Positions 1-13,144 of a stretch of DNA of 64,000 bases are shown piece by piece. The translations under genes were made by a program, and so were the position numbers. The notes beneath the pieces were generated by a model. The model had not been told where the DNA came from. It saw only the letters and a program-made list of their open reading frames with translations, and did no database searches. The stretch covers positions 22,196,001 to 22,260,000 of the forward strand of contig NC_086108.1 in NCBI RefSeq assembly GCF_963921235.1, read 5' to 3'. The stretch is from Mobula hypostoma (Eukaryota). How positions within the stretch are numbered: the first letter of the stretch is position 1; each line of letters opens with the position of its first letter.

Positions 1-786
1 TCTCTGACTTGAGAAACTCTCCCCCACCAACAAGAGAAAGGGAGACTGTGCGTGATTCACCAAGTTATATCTCCTGTTTTCTCACACGATGCTTTAGTCG
101 GTGGCATGGGCATAGAATCAGCTCGTCCCTAGGGCCACAAAGCCTTGGAACCCCGAATACCTGCTTGTCTTCTAGGCCATGTCCTTGGGATATCAAAAAA
201 TGGCCAGTCATGGGTCCCCAGGAGCAGGTCCCCAAAAGCTTATTGTTAATACAGGAAGGTTGATGTGAAAAATAAAATGATGCTCTTCATGTTTCATCTT
301 CCATTTCTTGCTATTGTTTTAAATAAAACTCATATTTTGGACCATCACAGGAAACGCTTCTTAGTATTCGCTCTAAACTTGTCCTACTGCAAACCATTTC
401 CACAATTTTTAAGCTTTATAGCCATGCCCTTAGAATATCCTGTTGCTAATTAATGCACCATTATGAGCAAAGACAAGTGCTGCACGTGACATGTCAAAAC
501 CATTGAGATAAAAACCATTCCCATTTTGCTGTAACAAGCAATAAAATGTCCATTATGGAATTAAATAAAATGGTTGAAAGCTGATTGTCCTGCTTAATTC
601 CACTTTGATTGAAGTGGGAGCACTCTCATGGGTCCTTCCTTTGGGAAAAAGAGTGGAACATATGGAATATAGATCTAAAACTAACCCTATAAAATCCTTG
701 CAGACCCCTAACAGGCATAATGTCTTGCTAATTAGTTTGTGTTAAACCAAATCAAAGGCTTTTGCCAAGTCAATTAAAAAAAATTA

Positions 787-1145
787 GGATGAGAGGAAAC
801 ATGATAGAGGTACACAAAATATTAAGAGGAATAGATAGAGTGGACAGCCAACGCCTCTTCCCCAGGGCACCACTGCTCAGTACAAGAGGACGTGGTTTTA
901 AGGTAAGGGGTGGGAAGTTCAAGGGGGATATTAGAGGAAGGTTTTTTACTCAGAGAGTGGTTGGTGCATGGAATGCACTGCCTGAGTCAGTGGTGGAGGC
1001 AGATACACTCGTGAAGTTTAAGAGACTACAAGACAGGTATATGGAGGAATTTAAGGTGGGGGATTATATGGGAGGCAGGGTTTAAGGGTCGGCACAACAT
1101 TGTGGGCCAAAGGGCCTGTACAGTGCTGTACTATTCTATGTTCTA
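787..1145 (+). mobile_element. CR1 LINE 3' fragment (5'-truncated)
   Basis: ORF 762..1085 encodes the CR1 ORF2 C-terminus (RMRGNMIEVHKILRG...FFTQRVVGAWNALP). Ends in a CTATTCTATGTTCTA tail. Same family as the CR1 starting at 4082. Confidence 0.9.
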
Positions 1146-1541
1146 AACTGTGGTAATTTTTAAAATTCTTTTTAGACCCGGTTAAAAAATTATTTAAAAT
1201 AGCAATATCCTGATTGCTGCCAGGGGTTGCCATAAAGAAACTATTTTTGCTGTTCATTAGTTAAGATGATCTTGTCTTCATGTGAGAATTTCAGCCAAAG
1301 TTTTCAATGCATTAGACCTAATTGTTATTCAGTAACTCCAAGCAGGAATTTCAGCTTTTAGTATCCCATCTATCCACAAGGTACCTAGTCTTGTTTACTA
1401 ACTACAACAGACAAATACTAGAAATAGAACCTTAATGTAGTTGAGGTTCTGGTTCCAGTTCTTTGTGTGACTCAACAGTTATTTATCAAACCTGTATGCC
1501 TCCTATTAATGTTGGCTATGTGCCTTTTACCTGTAGATTTA

Positions 1542-2592
1542 GGCTACGTCCACACTACGCTGGATAATTTTGAAAACGAAGCTTTTTCTCTTCGTTTTGA
1601 CCCTCCATCCACACTAAAGCGGCGGTTTCATCCCCCGAAAACGGAGATTTTCAGAAACGGTCTCCAGAGTGAATAAATCTGAAAACACCTAATATCCTTT
1701 GTAGTGTGTACAGGGTAAACGGAGAGATTTAAAAACGCTGTCATGACAACACCACAACAACAATGCTTTTTCTGCTTCTGCTTGGTACTGCGCAAGCACT
1801 GCCGTACGGCTGTTATAACGCACAGTCGGTGTGAATGGCATGAGAGTTAAATTGTAAAGTGAGCTTTTTTGACTATTTAAAAACGCTGTCATGACGTGCC
1901 GGAACAGATAGCCGCAGCACGGCATTTCATTGTTTTCTTGAACACAACCCCCCACACAACCTAACAATTTCAGAACAGACGGCAACGAGACTGAAGCCAG
2001 AAGAGTTAGAAATGTACTCACCAAATACTTTGACTCATAGCTTACTGAATAAATAAGTATACTCACTTTGCCCTGTTTTCTGACCTTGCTTGTATGAAGG
2101 TGGTTTACCTATTTATGCAAGTACTTCTCTGACAATAGATGTGTAACAGCGTAATATAACATTGTATGGAAATACAAGATAACACTGATGCAGACGTTTG
2201 ATACATTTAACAAGGTGCTTTATTATTGCAACAGAGTTAGTCAGTTTTTCAATGTTCGTCATCAGCCGGGTCATACTGTCCATGAACTCCCTGTTGGTTG
2301 CCTCCATACGCTCCAGTATTTGTTTCTTTTCAGTTTTAAGTCCTCCTGCGTGAGAGCCAAGAGCAATTCCTTTGAAGTTTTTCTACTCTGTAACTGGACA
2401 AACGTGCACTAAGTATACCGTTTCCTCTTCGCTTGTTTTCTGTGGGTCCTGCGCGTGCCCAGTAGAGGAGATTCGCCCAAATATCCGTGTTAGTGTGGAC
2501 AGAGATATTTTGAAAAACGCTTAGTGTTATGCTTGTCGTTTTTACTCGAAACCGGCGTTTTCAAAATTATCAGGCGTAGTGTGGTCGTAGCC
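1542..2592. mobile_element. Non-autonomous PIF/Harbinger DNA transposon
   Basis: TIRs of about 37 bp: GGCTACGTCCACACTACGCTGGATAATTTTGAAAACG and CGTTTTCAAAATTATCAGGCGTAGTGTGGTCGTAGCC. Flanked by a 3-bp TTA TSD (1539-1541, 2593-2595), typical of Harbinger. Confidence 0.85.
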
Positions 2593-3729
2593 TTAGCTGG
2601 CATCTCTCTGGCTACTAACACATTAATATCTTTCCACTTTGCATACTATCCTATTCAGTTCTAATAACTTAACAATTTTCTCTTTAATCCAGACTGACAT
2701 CAACCAACCATTTTTCTATTAGCTCCATTCTTACTGTCATTCTCACTCAGTGCCTTATCTTCCAGTACTCTTGATAGTACACCACTGGGTGTCTCATGAC
2801 GGCTGAGACCTCTCAGAGATTAAAAAAACATTACATGTTGCACATTTAAACTCTCCTCAGCTATCTTATCGACAGCAGCCTGCATCAACATGACATTTCA
2901 TGGAATGAGAGACTGTAGTGGAATATTTATCAAACTTCTTTCATCCACTACACTGCATCCACTCTAATATCTGTATTGGGATGATGTTTTTCATTATGCT
3001 CACAATAACCACTAAAAGCCAAAAATCCTTTTGTTAGAACTTACAGAAGAGTGGGATATTATACTACAATCTCATTCACTCATATATCTGCTGTCACAGC
3101 ATTGCCATCTTGCTATCATTGCTCCCATTGTCACCATCACTAGGACAACTAATAGTATTCAAACCCCTTGCATCACTCAGACCAGCGGTCCCCAACCACC
3201 GGGCCGCGGACCGGTACTGGTCCACAAAGCATGCGCTACCGGGCCGTGAGGAAACGATATGAGTCAGCTGCACCTTTCCTCATTTCCGTCACCCATGTCA
3301 GCGCGGGAAGGAGATCAACTCCTCGAACTTGCAAATGACAGCGGGCTGAAAAATATGTTTGACATAACATCTCTGCCGGCATTCTGGATCAAAGTCAAGG
3401 CTAAATATCCTGAGATAGCCATGAAAGCACTTAAAATGTTGCTTCCATTTCCAACATATCTCTGCAATGAATGCAACGAAAACTAAATTGTGGAATAGAC
3501 TGGACATAAGGAACCCCCTTAGAGTATCGTTGTCTCCCGTTACTCCTCGATGGGACGGTCTTGTTGCATGGAATCAAGCCCAGGGCTCCCACTGATTCAG
3601 CGATATTGGTGTGTTGCAATGATTTTATACGTTCATACGGGGAAAATATGTGCTGTGTGTTTAATATCCAAATGTTACTTAAAATGTTATGATGCTATTG
3701 ACTTCTAAGTGACTTATATAACTATATAA

Positions 3730-3920
3730 CAATTACAGCACGGAAACAGGCGATCTCGGCCCTTCTAGTCCGCGCCGAACGCTACTCTCACCTAGTCCCA
3801 CTGACCTGCACTCTGCCCATAACCCTCCGTTCCTTTCCTGTCCATATACCTATCCAATTTTTCTTTAAATGATAATATCGAACCTGCCTCTACCACTTCT
3901 ACTGGAAGTTCGTTCAACAC
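3730..3920 (-). mobile_element. Short CR1-type 3' fragment inside the hAT element
   Basis: Minus-strand CR1-like tail (ACAGCACGGAAACAGGC...CCTGCCTCTACCACT) resembling other CR1 3' ends in the window. Confidence 0.55.
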
Positions 3921-4081
3921 TTACTTCAAGCTCCCCTGTCCTCCCCTGATAATTGTCTTATCACTATATTCGTGCAAGGAAAATATGCGCTGTGTGTTTA
4001 ATATTAAATTCGTTAGATAAGCCCTTTTAGAAACGAAATTGAGTGTATTAGCCTCTTAACCCCTATATTCCGGTCGTGATT

Positions 4082-7000
4082 AACATAGGACATAGAATAG
4101 TACAGCACAGTACAGGCCCTTCGGCCCACAATGTTGTGCCGACCCTCAAACCCTGCCTCCCATATAAGCCCCCACCTTAGATTCCTCCATATACCTGTCT
4201 AGTAGTCTCTTAAACTTCACTAGTGTATCTGCCTCTACCACTGACTCAGGCAGTGCATTCCACGCACCAACCACTCTCTGAGTAAGAAACCTGCCTCTAA
4301 TATCCCCCTTGAACTTCCCACCCCTGACCTTAAAGCCATGTCCTCTTGTATTGAGCAGTGGAGCCCTGGGGAAGAGGCGCTGGCTATCCACTCTATCTAT
4401 TCCTCTTATTATCTTGTACACATCTAACATGTCTCCTCTCATCCTCCTTCTCTCCAAAGAGTAAAGCCCTAGCTCACTTAATCTCTGATCATAATACATA
4501 CTTTCTAAACCAGGCAGCATCCTGGTAAATCTCCTCTGTACCCCTTCCAATGCTTCCACATCCTTCCTATAGTGAGGTGACCAGAACTGGACACAATACT
4601 CCAAGTGTGGCCTAACCAGAGTTTTATAGAGCTGCATCATTACATCACGACTCTTAAACTCTATCCCTCGACTTATGAAAGCTAACACCCCATAAGCTTT
4701 CTTAACTACCCTATCCACCTGTGAGGCAACTTTCAGGGATCTGTGGACATGTACCCCCAGATCCCTCTGCTCCTCCACACTACCAAGTATCCTGCCATTT
4801 AACATAAAGAGAAACATAGAAAATAGGTGCAGGAGTAGGCCATTCAGCCCTTTGAGCCTGCATCGCCATTTATTATGATCATGGCTGATCATCCAACTCA
4901 GAACCCCGCCCCAGCCTTCCCTCCATACCCCCTGATCCCCGTAGCCACAAGGGCCATATCTAACTCCCTCTTAAATATAGCCAATGAACTGGCCTCAACT
5001 GTTTCCTGTGGCAGAGAATTCCACAGATTCACCACTCTCTGTGTGAAGAAGTTTTTCCTAATCACGGTCCTAAAAGGCTTCCCCTCTATCCTCAAACAGT
5101 GGCCCCTCGTTCTGGACTTCCCCAACATCGGGAACAATCTTCCTGCATCTAGCCTGTCCAATCCCTTTAGGATCTTATACGTTTCAATCAGATCCCCCCT
5201 CAATCTTCTAAATTCCAACGAGTACAAGCCCAGTTCATCCAGTCTTTCTTCATATGAAAGTCCTGCCATCCCAGGAATCAATCTGGTGAACCTTCTTTGT
5301 ACTCCCTCTATGGCAAAGATGTCTTTCCTCAGATTAGGGGACCAAAACTGCACACAATACTCCAGGTGTGGTCTCACCAAGGCCTTGTACAACTGCAGTA
5401 GTACCTCCCTGCTCCTGTACTCGAATCCTCTCGCTATAAATGCCAGCATACCATTTGCCTTTTTCACTGCCTGCTGTACCTGCATGCCCACTTTCAATGA
5501 CTGGTGTATAATGACACCCAGGTCTCATTGCACCTCCCCTTTTCCTAATCGTCCACCATTCAGATAATAATCTGTTTTCCTATTTTTGCCACCAAAATGG
5601 ATAACTTCACATTTATCCACATTAAATTGCATCTGCCATGAATTTGCCCACTCACCCAACCTATCCAAGTCACCCTGCATCCTCTTAGCATCCTCCTCAC
5701 TGCTAACACTGCCACCCAGCTTCGTGTCATCCGCAAACTTGGAGATGCTGCATTTAATTCTCTCATCCAAGTCATTAATATATATTGTAAACAACTGGGG
5801 TCCCAGCACTGAGCCTTGCGGTACCCCACTAGTCACCACCTGCCATTCTGAAAAGGTCCCGTTTATTCCCACTCTTTGCTTCCTGTCTGCTAACCAATTC
5901 TCCACCCACACCAATACCTTACCCCCAATACCGTGTGCTTTAAGTTTGCACACTAATCTCCTGTGTGGGACCTTGTCAAAAGCCTTTTGAAAATCCAAAT
6001 ATACCACATCCACTGGTTCTCCCCTATCCACTCTACTAGTTACATCCTGAAAAAATTCTATGAGATTCGTCAGACATGATTTTCCTTTCACAAATCCATG
6101 CTGACTTTGTCCGATCATTTCACCGCTTTCCAAATGTGCTGTTATCACATCCTTGATAACTGACTCCAGCAGTTTCCCCACCACCGACGTTAGGCTAACC
6201 GGTCTATAATTCCCCGGTTTCTCTCTCCCTCCTTTTTTAAAAAGAGGGGTTACATTAGCCACCCTCCAATCCTCAGGAACTAGTCCAGAATCTAACGAGT
6301 TTTGAAAAATTATCACTAATGCATCCACTATTTCTTGGGCTACTTCCTTAAGCACTCTAGGATGCAGACCATCTGGCCCTGGGGATTGATCTGCCTTCAA
6401 TCCCTTCAATTTACCTAACACCACTTCCCTACTAACATGTATTTCGCTCAGTTCCTCCATCTCACTGGACCCTCTGTCCCTTACTATTTCTGGAAGATTA
6501 TTTATGTCCTCCTTAGTGAAGACAGAACCAAAGTAATTATTCAATTGGTCTGCCATGTCCTTGCTCCCCATAATCAATTCACCTGTTTCTGTCTGCAGGG
6601 GACCTACATTTGTCTTTACCAGTCTTTTCCTTTTTACATATCTATAAAAGCTTTTACAGTCCATTTTTATGTTCCCTGCCAGTTTTCTCTCATAATCTTT
6701 TTTCCCCTTCCTACAAATTTACTTTGTACTCTGCCTTGGAGTTTGTCCTTCCAAAGTGTACCACCTCACACTTCTCCGGGTTGAACTCCATCTGCCACTT
6801 CTCAGCCCACTTCTGCATCCTATCAATGTTTCTCTGCAATCTTTGACAATCCTCTACACTATCTACAACACCACCACCTTTGTGTCGTTTGCAAACTTGC
6901 CAACCCACCCTTCTACACCCACATCCAGGTCGTTAATAAAAATCACGAAAAGTAGAGGTCCCAGAACAGATCCTTGTAGGACACCACTAGTCACAATCCT

Positions 7001-10000
7001 CCAATCTGAATGTACTCCCTCCACCACCACCCTCTGCCTTTTGCAGGCAAGCCAATTCTGAATCCACCTGGCCAAACTTCCCTGGATCCCATGCCTTGTA
7101 ACTTTCTGAATAAGCCTACTGTGTGGAACTTTGTCAAATGCCTACTAAAATCCATATAGATCACATCCACTGCACTACCCTCATCTATATGCCTGGTCAC
7201 CTCCTCAAAGAACTCTGTCAGGCTTGTTAGACACGATCTGCCCTTCACAAAGCCATGCTGACTGTCCCTGATCAGACCATGATTCTCTAAATGCCTATAG
7301 ATCCTATCTCTAAGAATCTTTTCCAACAGTTTTCCCACCACAGACGTAAGGCTCACTGGTCTATAATTATCCGGACTATCCCTACTACCTTTTTTGAACA
7401 GGGGAACAACATTTGCCTCCCTCCAATCCTCCGGTACCATTCCCGTGGACAACGAGGACATAAAGATCCTAGCCAGAGGCTCAGCAATCTCTTCTCCCGC
7501 CTCGTGGAGCAGCCTGGGGAATATTCCGTCAGGCCCCGGGGACTTATCTGTACTAATGTATTTTAGCAACTCCAACACCTCCTCTCCCTTAATATCAGCA
7601 TGCTCCAGAACATCAACCTGACTCATATTGTCCTCACCATCATCAAGTTCCCTCTCATTGGTGAATACCGAAGGGAAGTATTCATTGAGGACCTCGCTCA
7701 CTTCCACAGCCTCCAGGCACATCTTCCCACCTTTATCTCTAACTGGTCCTACCTTCACTCCTGTCATCCTTTTTTACTTCACATAATTGAAGAATGCCTT
7801 GGGGTTTTCCTTTACCCTACTCGCCAAGGCCTTCTCATGCCCCCTTCTTGCTCTTCTCAGCCCCTTCTTAAGCTCCTTTCTTGCTTCCCTATATTCCTCA
7901 ATAGACCCATCTGATCCTTGCTTCCTAAACCTCATGTATGCTGCCTTCTTCCACCTGACTAGATTTTCCACCTCACTTGTCACCCATGGTTCCTTCACCC
8001 TACCATTCTTTATCTTCCTCACCGGGACAAATTTATCCCTTACATCCTGGAAGAGATCTCTAAACATTGACCACATGTCCATAGTACATTTCCCTGCAAA
8101 AACATCATCCCAATTCACACCTGCAAGTTCTAGCCTTATAGCCTCATAATTTGCCTTTCCCCAATTAAAAAATTTTCCTGCCCTCTTTGATTCTATTCTT
8201 TTCCATGATAATTATAAAGGCCAGGGAGCGGTGGTCACTGTCCCCCAGATACTCACCCACTGAGAGATCTGTCACCTGACCCGGTTCATTACCTAGTACT
8301 AGATCTCGTATGGCATTCCCCCTGGTCGGCCTGTCCACATACTGTGACAGGAATCCATCCTGGACACACATAACAAATTCTGCCCCATCTAAACCCTTGG
8401 AACTAATCAGGTGCCAATCAATATTAGGGAAGTTAAAGTCACCCATGATAACAACCCTGTTATTTTTGCACCTTTCCAAAATCTGCCTCCCAATCTGCTC
8501 CTCTGTATCTCTGCTGCTACCAGGGGGCCTATAGAATACCCCCAGCAGAGTAACTGCTCCCTTCCTGTTCCTGACTTCCACCCATATTGACTCAAAAGAG
8601 GATCCTGCTACATTACCCACCCTTTCTGTAGCTGTAATAGTATCCCTGACCAGTAATGCCACCCCTCCTCCCCTTTTTCCGCCCTCTCTATCCCTTTTAA
8701 AGCACTGAAATCCAGGAATATTGAGAATCCATTCCTGCCCTGGTGCCAGCCAAGTCTCTGTAATGGCCACTACATCATAATTCCATGTATGTATCCAAGC
8801 TCTCAGTTCATCACCTTTGTTCCTGATGCTTCTTGCATTGAGGTACACACATTTCAGCCCTTCTACCTTACTGTCTTTACACCGTTTATTCTGCTTCTCT
8901 TTCCTCAAAGCCTCTCTGTATGTTAGATCTGGCTTTACTCCATGCACTTCTTTCACTGCTCTATTGCTCTGGGTCCCATCCCCCTCGCAAATTAGTTTAA
9001 TTCCTCCCGAACCATGCTAGCAAACCTACCTGCAAGGATATTGCTCCCCCTCCAGTTCAGGTGCAACCCATCCAATCTGTACAGGTCCCACCTTCCCCAG
9101 AAGAAATCTCAATGATCTAAAAATCTAAAACCCTGCTCCCTGCACCAACTCCTCAGCCACACATTCAACTGCCATCTCCTCCAACTCTTACCATCTCTGT
9201 CACGTAGCACTGGCAGCAATCCTGAGAACGTCACCCTTGAGGTCCTGTTCTTCAGCCTTCTGCCTAATTCCCGAAACTCACACTTCAGGACCTCATTCCT
9301 CTTCCTGCCTATGTCGTTGGTCCCAACCTGTATCACGACTTCTGGTTGCTTTCCCTCTCGTACCAGGATGTCGTGCACCCGGTCAGAGACATCCCGGACC
9401 CTGGCACCCGGGAGGCAACAAACCATGTGGGTGTCCTTCTCACGTCCACAAAATCTCCTTTCTGCTCCCCTGACTATAGAGTCTCCAATGACGACAGCTC
9501 TCCTCTTCTCCGTCCCACCCTTCTGCACCACAGGTTCGGACTCAGTGCCGGAGGCCCTGCCACCGTGGCTCACACCTGGTCGGTCATCCCCGCCAACAGT
9601 ATCCAGGACGTTAAACTTATTATTCAGGGGAATGGCTACAGGGGTGCTCTGCACTACCTGTCTGCTCACCTTCGCTTTCCCCCCTCTGACTGTCACCCAA
9701 CGACCTGCTTCCGACAGCCTCGGTGTGACGACCTCCCTGTAGCTCTCATCTATGACTGCCTCATTCTCCCTTATGAGTCGAAGGTCATCCAGCTGCTGCT
9801 CCAGATTCCTTACACGGTCTTCCAGATCGCCCAGCCGTATGCACTTCTGGCAAATGTGACTCTGCGGGAGAGGGGCATTCCCCCAAGACTGCCACATCTC
9901 ACATGAGAGGCACATCACCGTCTCAGGGGACATTGTAAAAACTAACTGCGAGCTAGCTTGTCCTCCGCCTCTTCTCGTCGAAGCCTTTCGAGTCAAAGCC

Positions 10001-10299
10001 TCAAAGCTCCACTCCTTCACTGGCTGCTTTCCACTGGCCGCTTCGCTTGAGCTATCCCTCTATTTATCTGTTTGAGCTTTTCAAAATGTTTGGTCACCTG
10101 ACCTTGACTGCCCAATCAGCTGCTTTCTGCTGAGTCTGAGCTATTCAAATCTTGATTGTCTAATCAATGGCTTTCTGCTGATCTATTCAAATCTTGATTG
10201 ACTTGATTGCACAGACCAACTGCCAAAACTGCTAGAATCTCTCGAGTCAAAGCCTCAAAGCTCCACTCCTTCACTGGCCCACTCACGCTCTGGTCGCTT
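4082..10299 (-). mobile_element. Full-length CR1 LINE (ORF1 esterase; ORF2 APE-RT, disrupted)
   Basis: ORF1 9109..10020 has a CxxC...CxxC motif, a leucine zipper and SGNH esterase motifs (VVIGDSIVRG, GTND). ORF2 pieces: 8165..8956 (APE: LNARS, ITETW, GDFN, SDH), 7774..8118, 6991..7767 (KSPGPDG, YRPVSLT), 6863..7075, 6711..6908, 4146..4800. Tail at 4082. Confidence 0.95.
4802..6716 (-). mobile_element. 5'-truncated CR1 of a second family nested in the outer CR1 RT
   Basis: ORFs 5525..6664 (PQGSVLGP, FADD) and 4898..5497, with its own 3' tail at 4802. The outer ORF rejoins across it (AEYKVN|GRILGSVEEQ). Possible ATTTA TSD at 4797-4801 and 6717-6721. Confidence 0.92.
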
Positions 10300-10759
10300 C
10301 CCCCCCCCGAACAGAATCGCCAAAAACGATTTGTAGATAAAAATTGGCACGTATACTCATGCGCACTGGTGCCCGCGCAAGGCTTCATGGTCATTGTAGT
10401 CTTTCTCAGGGTAAAGACTGCTACTCTTGTCCGTTGGCAACCCTACACCCCCCCCCCCCCCCGCCGGGTCGGCCAGTCCACAAGAATATTGTCAATAATA
10501 AACCAGTCCGCAGTGCAAAACAGGTTGGGGACCCCTGACTCAGACCACTGAAACCATCTGAGATCTTAATATTCTCCTCTAAAAGTAAACTTAATCATTG
10601 AAACTATCTTTAGGCTGTTTCTCCAAAATATTGTCATTCAAATTCAGAATTAAAACTTAATTCTCAATCTAAAAGCAGTTTTAGTCTTATCCTCAACATA
10701 ATTATTTCCCTACCACTATCCTTAGTGTTCTTTACAAGGAGAGATAAGTAGTTAGCAGT

Positions 10760-11098
10760 ACCCCACCATTGAGGACATCTTCAAAAGCTGGTGTCTCAAG
10801 GAGAGGACAGCCATCATTATTTACCCTCACCATCCGAGACATGCCTTCTCATCAGGGAGGAGGTACAAGAGCCTGAAGATCCATAGTTAACATTTTAGGA
10901 ACAGTTTCTTCCCCTCTACAAACATATTTCTGAACAGTCTGTAAACCCATTCACAATATCTCGCTCTTCCTCTTTTGCAGTGTTTATTTTAGTTGTGATT
11001 TATTTTAATTTAGTATGCCTTCACTGTACTGCTGCCACAAAACAACAAATTTCACAACCAATGTCAGTGACAATAAACCTGATTTTGATTATGATTCT
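10760..11098 (+). mobile_element. Rex1/Babar-type LINE 3' remnant
   Basis: SGRRYKSLK-type coding remnant and an AATAAACCTGATT(T/C)TGATT tail shared with the longer Rex1 copies in the window. Confidence 0.7.
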
Positions 11099-11696
11099 AA
11101 AATTCTGTGGGTGAAAACAATGTGATCTTCAGTAGTGTCTGAGGTTCAAATCTGCTCGACATGGGTCTGTCTACAGTTGATGCATTTTTTACATGAATTC
11201 TCTGTGGAGACTACAACAGGAAAATTGTCTATTTGAAAACATAAACCAGAAATGACTGTCCCACCTAGGGAAACAAAAAGATATTTTTTTTAACATTTTG
11301 ATCATTCCATGCCCAGCTGCTTTTAAGGTACGTTTCCCTAGCTGACCAGAAGACTTATGAATGAAGTCTTTTTGGTATGTTAAAAAAAAATCTCATCTTG
11401 GCTTTGCTGCCAGTGTAGAATGTGCAGTAGAGACAAGGAGATTCTCTGGAGAGAAGCAGCCACTTTTACACTGTGTACAGGGACAAGGTCATCCTCTATT
11501 TCCCCCAAATCCTACTGCATTTCTGTTGGCTGAGTTGGGATCATTTTGTGCAATTATTAAATATCTTTGCTTTACAGTGGACTAGACCATTCATACAGCT
11601 TCATCTTTGTTGACCTGTAACAAATGGGAAAGCAAGCAAACTTCACCTTTGGTGCTTTCTGTTTGGTTGTGTAACACCACCTGATTTCTCTTCCAG

Positions 11697-11899
11697 TATG
11701 AGCAGGAGATCACGAAGCTGAAGGATCGGTTGAAGGTGTCGAGTCGCAGGCTCGAGGAGTATGAGCGGCGCCTGCTTGCCCAGGAGCAACAGATGCAGAA
11801 GCTCTTGCTTGAGTACAAGTCTAGGTTGGAGGACAGTGAGGAGAGACTGCGTCGGCAGCAGGAAGAGAAGGACAGCCAGATGAAAACAATCATCAGCAG
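11697..11899 (+). CDS. RASAL2: RAS protein activator-like 2, third-last coding exon (coiled coil)
   Basis: ttccag acceptor and AG|gtcagc donor. Encodes [67 protein letters not shown](R), nearly identical to the RASAL2 C-terminal coiled coil as I recall it. Confidence 0.95.
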
Positions 11900-12119
11900 G
11901 TCAGCTACACTGCAGGTTGTCGGAGTAGTGAGTACTTACATCGAACATAGCACAGGGCAATGATATCTATATCAAACACAACGTTAAGTTGAACTAAATC
12001 TCTGAAGCATATTTAAAGCACTTAATTCCCTATCACCTATATTGATCTGCTGTAAGTTAAGGTGCCAAATCAACAGAGAGTATTGTGTAAACAACAAACA
12101 TCCCACTTTTTTTCATAGG

Positions 12120-12420
12120 GAAGCACAATAGCATAGCTAGAGGAGCTGCTGCCTCCCAAAATGAGAGGCATAGACTCAATCCTGGCCTTGGGTGCTGTCT
12201 GTGGCATTTGTACATTCTCCTTGTGACTGCTCCAGTTCCCTCCCACATCCCAAAGACTTGCAGGTTGGTCAGCTAATTGGCCACTCTAGGTTGCCCCTCC
12301 CTTGTGGTTGAGTGATAAAATCTAAGGGAGTTCATGGAAATATGGAGAGAATAAAATAGGATTAGTGCAGATGGGAACTTGCTTGATGCCGCAGACTCAG
12401 TGGGTTGGAGGACCTATACA
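12120..12420 (+). mobile_element. tRNA-derived SINE (V-SINE/HE1-like), degraded
   Basis: V-domain-like motifs GCTGTCTGTGG..TTTGTACATTCTCC and CTCCCACATCCCAAAGAC. Confidence 0.65.
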
Positions 12421-12719
12421 TAACAAGACTGTTATGTTTTAACAAGAGCACAGCAACTACCAGCAAAATATTAACAATAAGCAAATTGTCTGAAAGTTTA
12501 GGAGTTCAGTTATTAGGTCTGTCAGTGCTTGTGTTTGAGTGGCATAATTTCATTCTGAGAGATCCATTCATTACGCTTTCTCACCATTTTCAAGTGAATA
12601 TTGCCGCAAGTGAAGTTGGAACCTGTTTAAATCATATCAGAATAGGTTACATTTGTGAGCCATATCCTTGGATTGCTAGTAACTTTGGGAAAACTCACCA
12701 ATCTCTGTTATATATAAGT

Positions 12720-13100
12720 ACACATGAGGATACAAGAAACAGCAGGAATGGGCCTCAGCAATAGATTTTGGCCACTTAGAACCACTTTCCTTCACTAACC
12801 CGATATCTTTGATTTCCTTAATATCAAAATCTGTTTTTCTATTTTGAATACGATCAACTACTGAGCCCAACAGACCACTTGGGTAAAAAATTCCAGATTC
12901 ATTTTTTTCTGGGTGGAATATTTTTGTAATCATGTTAGTCCTGAAGAGCCATCTCCCTAAGTTTCCACTGTTACTCTAGTTTTAGACACACGAGCAAGTG
13001 AAGCACCATCGCTATATCTAGACTGTCAAGCCATGTAAGAATGAGATCACCTCTCATTTCCCTAAACTCCGGAGTGCATAAGCCAAATTTTCTTAAGAGC
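12720..13100 (-). mobile_element. Old CR1 3' fragment
   Basis: Degenerate similarity to the adjacent CR1 3' end (AAGAAACAGCAGG...TTCCAGATTCA...GAGATCACCTCTCATT). Confidence 0.55.
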
Positions 13101-13144
13101 AGTAACATTCAATTTAAGTCTTTAACTGCCACTATGGATTTTAA

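Larger units (their letters stand above)
3183..10537 (+). mobile_element. hAT (Charlie/Buster-like) deletion derivative interrupted by CR1 insertions; hAT parts about 3183-4081 and 10300-10537
   Basis: TIRs CAGCGGTCCCCAACC and GGTTGGGGACCCCTG. Perfect 8-bp TSD ACTCAGAC (3175-3182, 10538-10545). Remnant hAT dimerisation domain (FWIKVKAKYPEIAMKALKMLLPFPTYLC) and a frameshifted QAQGSH* end. Confidence 0.9.

Noticed and set aside
4875..9906. Many plus-strand ORFs (e.g. 4875..5567, 5586..5990, 9346..9906)
   Set aside because: Antisense shadows of CR1 ORF1/ORF2.
9109..10020. SGNH esterase ORF as a host gene
   Set aside because: It is CR1 ORF1, lying directly upstream of the APE-RT ORF2 and prematurely terminated.
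11591..11893. 100-aa minus-strand ORF
   Set aside because: Antisense of the RASAL2 coiled-coil exon.
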